From positions 1 to 25,990 of the forward strand of contig CAXIUT010000253.1 in NCBI GenBank assembly GCA_964035545.1: a DNA stretch of 25,990 bases, written 5' to 3'. Position numbers and translations under genes: made by a program. Each line of letters begins with the position of its first letter. The stretch's first letter is position 1. Source of the DNA: Bugula neritina. Lineage: Eukaryota; Animalia; Bryozoa. The notes beneath the pieces are model-generated. The model was not told the origin of the DNA. It did not search any database and saw only the letters and a program-made list of their open reading frames with translations. Positions 22,991 to 25,990 of the stretch are shown here, one piece after another.

Positions 22991-24730
22991 TCACTTTTTA
23001 AGAGTGCTATTATTTTTATATGAAGTGCTATTCAACTGTTTACTTTTGTTACTCTTTACTGGCGTCTTATCGACTCTTATCTCTTTTTTTGGTGTTCTAC
23101 TCAAAGGTGATTTACTTTGATTAAAACCATACATCTTTTTACTTTATATTTTAGTCTGATTTATGACCTTATTTCCTTTATATCTTGTTACTTAAGGCAC
23201 TTACTTGCTACGATTCTGAATCATATCTCTCAAATCAGCATTCTTCTTCTGTTTCTGAAAAATATCATCATAACAATTACTAATAAACCATAAAACTCGC
23301 TTCCTATCATAACCCAACTAATTATTCCCCTATATTTCATTCAAATGTTTCTTTATCTAAGACAAAGGATACTTTCTATGCATTTTCTATGTGACAGTTT
23401 CATACAAAACCGAAAGCAACTTCTCAAGTTTCATATATATCTAGTTATTAAAATTGTTCCTATGATAACTAAATTCATGCTTCGGATTCTAAAGAATCAT
23501 CAACTCCTTTTTGACGTTATTGATATCCTAAATAATATTTTCAATGTTGTTATTGTATTGCTTCTCCTACTGATCAGAATCATTCTTCTTCTATAAATTC
23601 ATTTCCTACATATCATCCATCCCCGTTTCCTGATTTCTCTTAGGTTTCCCTCCCTCTTTCTACTTAATATCATACTTCCTCATCTTAGACAGCAACTTCA
23701 TATATTGAGCCTTAGTCACCTTCTCATTTCTTACACACATATGAGCATTGTTATGAGTTATCCTTCCCATCGATATATTAACAATATCATTGAAATTCAT
23801 AGCTGATTTGTTTATTTTTAGTTACTATTCCTTCAAAAAATAAAGATAGAGAAGTTATCGCTTCTACTGATCAATTGGGTTGTCTGGCTAGTTTATATCG
23901 TCATCCTATTTGTTCATTTTATTCTAATTTTTTATTGTATAATCGACTATGTTCCGAGATGGTGTGCCTATTTCCCTAAAGAAATCTATCTTTAACTGAT
24001 TGTTCCCCAAAACAACAGAATTATCAATAAATTATATCTAATACATACTCTTAGGCTGCTCCAAAAAATAATTAAACTTCAATAATTCCTCATTAAATAG
24101 TCCTATCTTATCAATTTCCCCCAAATTCTTCAATTTCTTATACTACCCAATATCGTTTTTAGCAGAAGCATCGCTAATAAACTGATTTTCCTTATTATCT
24201 TTATCATACTGATTCGCATACAAATGCTTAGTTATCTCATGAAAATTATACTTTCCTCTCTGCGGTAGCTAGATATTGGTATCTTCCTGATTGCCATTGA
24301 AATCTTTCTGACCACTACTATCTTCTTCCTTCCCCTCTCGATCCTCCTTAGTCCGAGGCGGAGGAGAAGCATGCTGGAAATAAAATCTATGCTTATACGA
24401 TCTCTCCTTTATTTATTTGTGAAGATTATCCGACCACTTGTTATAATACTATACATCAGTTGTCAGAATATTATTATCTGTTGTAAATTTGTTGTTGCAT
24501 TATGGCTAGATATCGTTTTTATATTCAGTGATAATTGGGTTAAAAAGATGGTTTGTTCTTGTTTACTGCTATTCGTTGATAATATCTTCCTTGTATCTGA
24601 TGAATTTGGCATTGTCCTGCTTGCTGTCATCGAACTCTTCGGGGTATAGAGATTCAATTGCACCCATTTTTTAGATAGTATTTATCTTTCGGAGTTAGTC
24701 TACATATTAAAAACGAGTTTTTGCTCGCAT
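22991..24730 (-). CDS. Hypothetical protein, 579 aa
   Basis: Intronless 580-codon TGA-free frame MRAKTRFEYVDELRKINTIEKMGAIESLYPEEF...NNSTLKK*. Confidence 0.8.
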
Positions 24731-25232
24731 TTTGGTATTAATTCTTATTATAATACCCAATCAAACCTATTAAAACATATAATTCATAAAAAGTGTATAA
24801 TATTAAATGATTTTGTAGTAAATCATTCTTAAATCTAGGTTTCAACTTATATATTGCCATAGTTATGTAATTAAATTATAATTGGTATAAATCCATTGTT
24901 TTATTGCTCATTTTTCTACCATTTTTCTAAAAATTTATTCTTTTAAAGCTTTTAAAGCTTTTCATTTTTCATATTTCATTTTGATCTATGATAAGGATCA
25001 AAACATTAAAAGTGAGAGCGCTATTATTTTTTTCTAGCTTGAAAAGCACCTTTACAAGCTGCACTTTTTTTATTTTGATAAACTAAACATTAATAAAGAT
25101 CACTTTAAGTAGTATGTGAATGTTCTGCTTTTAGGGTTTCAATGGTTTTAACTTTCTCTAATATTTAGCTGCCGAGGTAACAATTTTTTATACATTCTAT
25201 ATTAGAGTGAATATTTTTATCTAATCATGACT

Positions 25233-25841
25233 TCATTTTTTGTTTGCCTTAATTTTTTACTCTATAATTTGAAGCATTTCTACTCTTTTACTTGCCATTG
25301 AGTTTTGCACAAATCCAGGAATAGATCCCTTCAAATCAACATCAGCAACATGGGTGAGTTTAGATTTATTTCCTTCTGCCTTTTCCACAATAAATCCTGC
25401 ACAATGTATTTCAGCCATCACAGTATCAGGATCTTTATTAGCTGGATAGTTGAAACTTCTATTACCACAATAAGCCTTACTTCCTTCTACTCTTACTGTA
25501 TTGACAGCAACTATTTCTCTATTGGAGATAGGACCAGGCAACTTCATAATTCCATTGATCACTCTGACACTTTTGTTGTCATAGACAATATCCAATTTAA
25601 CCATATTATCGTTAAGCCTTTTCATGAAAGTAGGATCAGAAAAGAATGCTAGAGTATCTTCAAAGGAAACATTTATAACTATCCCTGCTTTGACAATGAC
25701 TCTTCCATCAACCTCCATGGTGTAAACCTCCAAAGGTTTCTAATCTTTGAGTTTCCAGTCTTTGCTTGATTAAAGATTTTTCAAACCATTGACGAACATG
25801 TTAGAACAAGTCAGCAGATCAGCATCATTGACTCCTTGCAT
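25233..25841 (-). CDS. START (StAR-related lipid transfer) domain protein, 202 aa
   Basis: Extends track ORF 25257-25733 through TAA/TAG. Motifs DWK, MKLPGPISNREIV, AEIHCAGFIVE, VADVDLKGSIPGFVQN. Confidence 0.9.
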
Positions 25842-25909
25842 TGATAAAGATATTTTGATTGATATTCAATAGAATTAATTTGATAAATAGATTTTTGATC
25901 GACAAATTA

Positions 25910-25990
25910 GGGGTTGGGGTTGGGGTTGGGGTTGGGGTTGGGGTTGGGGTTGGGGTTGGGGTTGGGGTTGGGGTTGGGGTTGGGGTTGGG
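25910..25990. repeat. Right telomere, (TTGGGG)n
   Basis: Perfect G4T2 array to the last base; reverse complement of the left array. Confidence 0.98.

Noticed and set aside
24374-24398. Intron-like 25-nt GT...CAG in the 22991-24730 gene
   Set aside because: The frame is already open without splicing; removing it would break the ORF.
25129-25139. TTTTAGGGTTT (AAACCCTAAAA) as a telomerase RNA template or telomere remnant
   Set aside because: It does not match the TTGGGG telomere (the template should be CAACCCCAA-like); single copy, probably chance.
2259-25652. Most short standard-code ORFs in the track (e.g. 2259+, 6584-, 10284-, 12498+, 15262+, 17065+, 23345+, 24371+, 25305+)
   Set aside because: They are antisense or off-frame shadows of longer genes that become continuous once TAA/TAG are read as sense.
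1-25990. UAR=Gln (table 6) or split UAA=Lys/UAG=Glu code
   Set aside because: Both TAA and TAG occupy conserved Glu positions (HPE, EEN, EKH, EG); Gln motifs such as QxW use CAA/CAG.
1-25990. TGA read as Trp, Cys or Sec, or a context-dependent stop
   Set aside because: Conserved Trp residues use TGG, and internal TGAs fall in tiny introns or at the flagged frameshift sites; no selenoprotein motif seen.
1-25990. Linear plasmid, virus, transposon or rDNA minichromosome
   Set aside because: No polymerase, capsid, transposase, rRNA or tRNA recognised; the content is ordinary intron-containing nuclear genes.

Overview
This window is a complete telomere-to-telomere ~26 kb macronuclear chromosome of a ciliate, with (CCCCAA)n at the left end and (TTGGGG)n at the right. 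It is very AT-rich. The supplied standard-code ORF track is mostly misleading, because TAA and TAG are sense codons here and TGA is the only stop. Conserved motifs in CCDC124, Rab escort protein, CTF18 and an OSCA/TMEM63 channel put TAA and TAG at Glu positions, and TAA alternates with GAA in a perfect (EEK)n repeat. That is the peritrich-type code (UAR=Glu, NCBI table 30), not the usual ciliate UAR=Gln. Read this way, the chromosome carries about 19 tightly packed genes (spacers down to ~10-50 nt) with about 15 tiny 20-23 nt GT-AG introns. Points worth checking: two paralogous coiled-coil genes that each need a frame change to reach a shared C-terminal motif, a ~67-copy EEK tail on REP, a toxin-like small membrane protein, and a hairpin-rich non-coding stretch near the right end. 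All models were translated by hand and family calls rest on recalled motifs; no database search was run.
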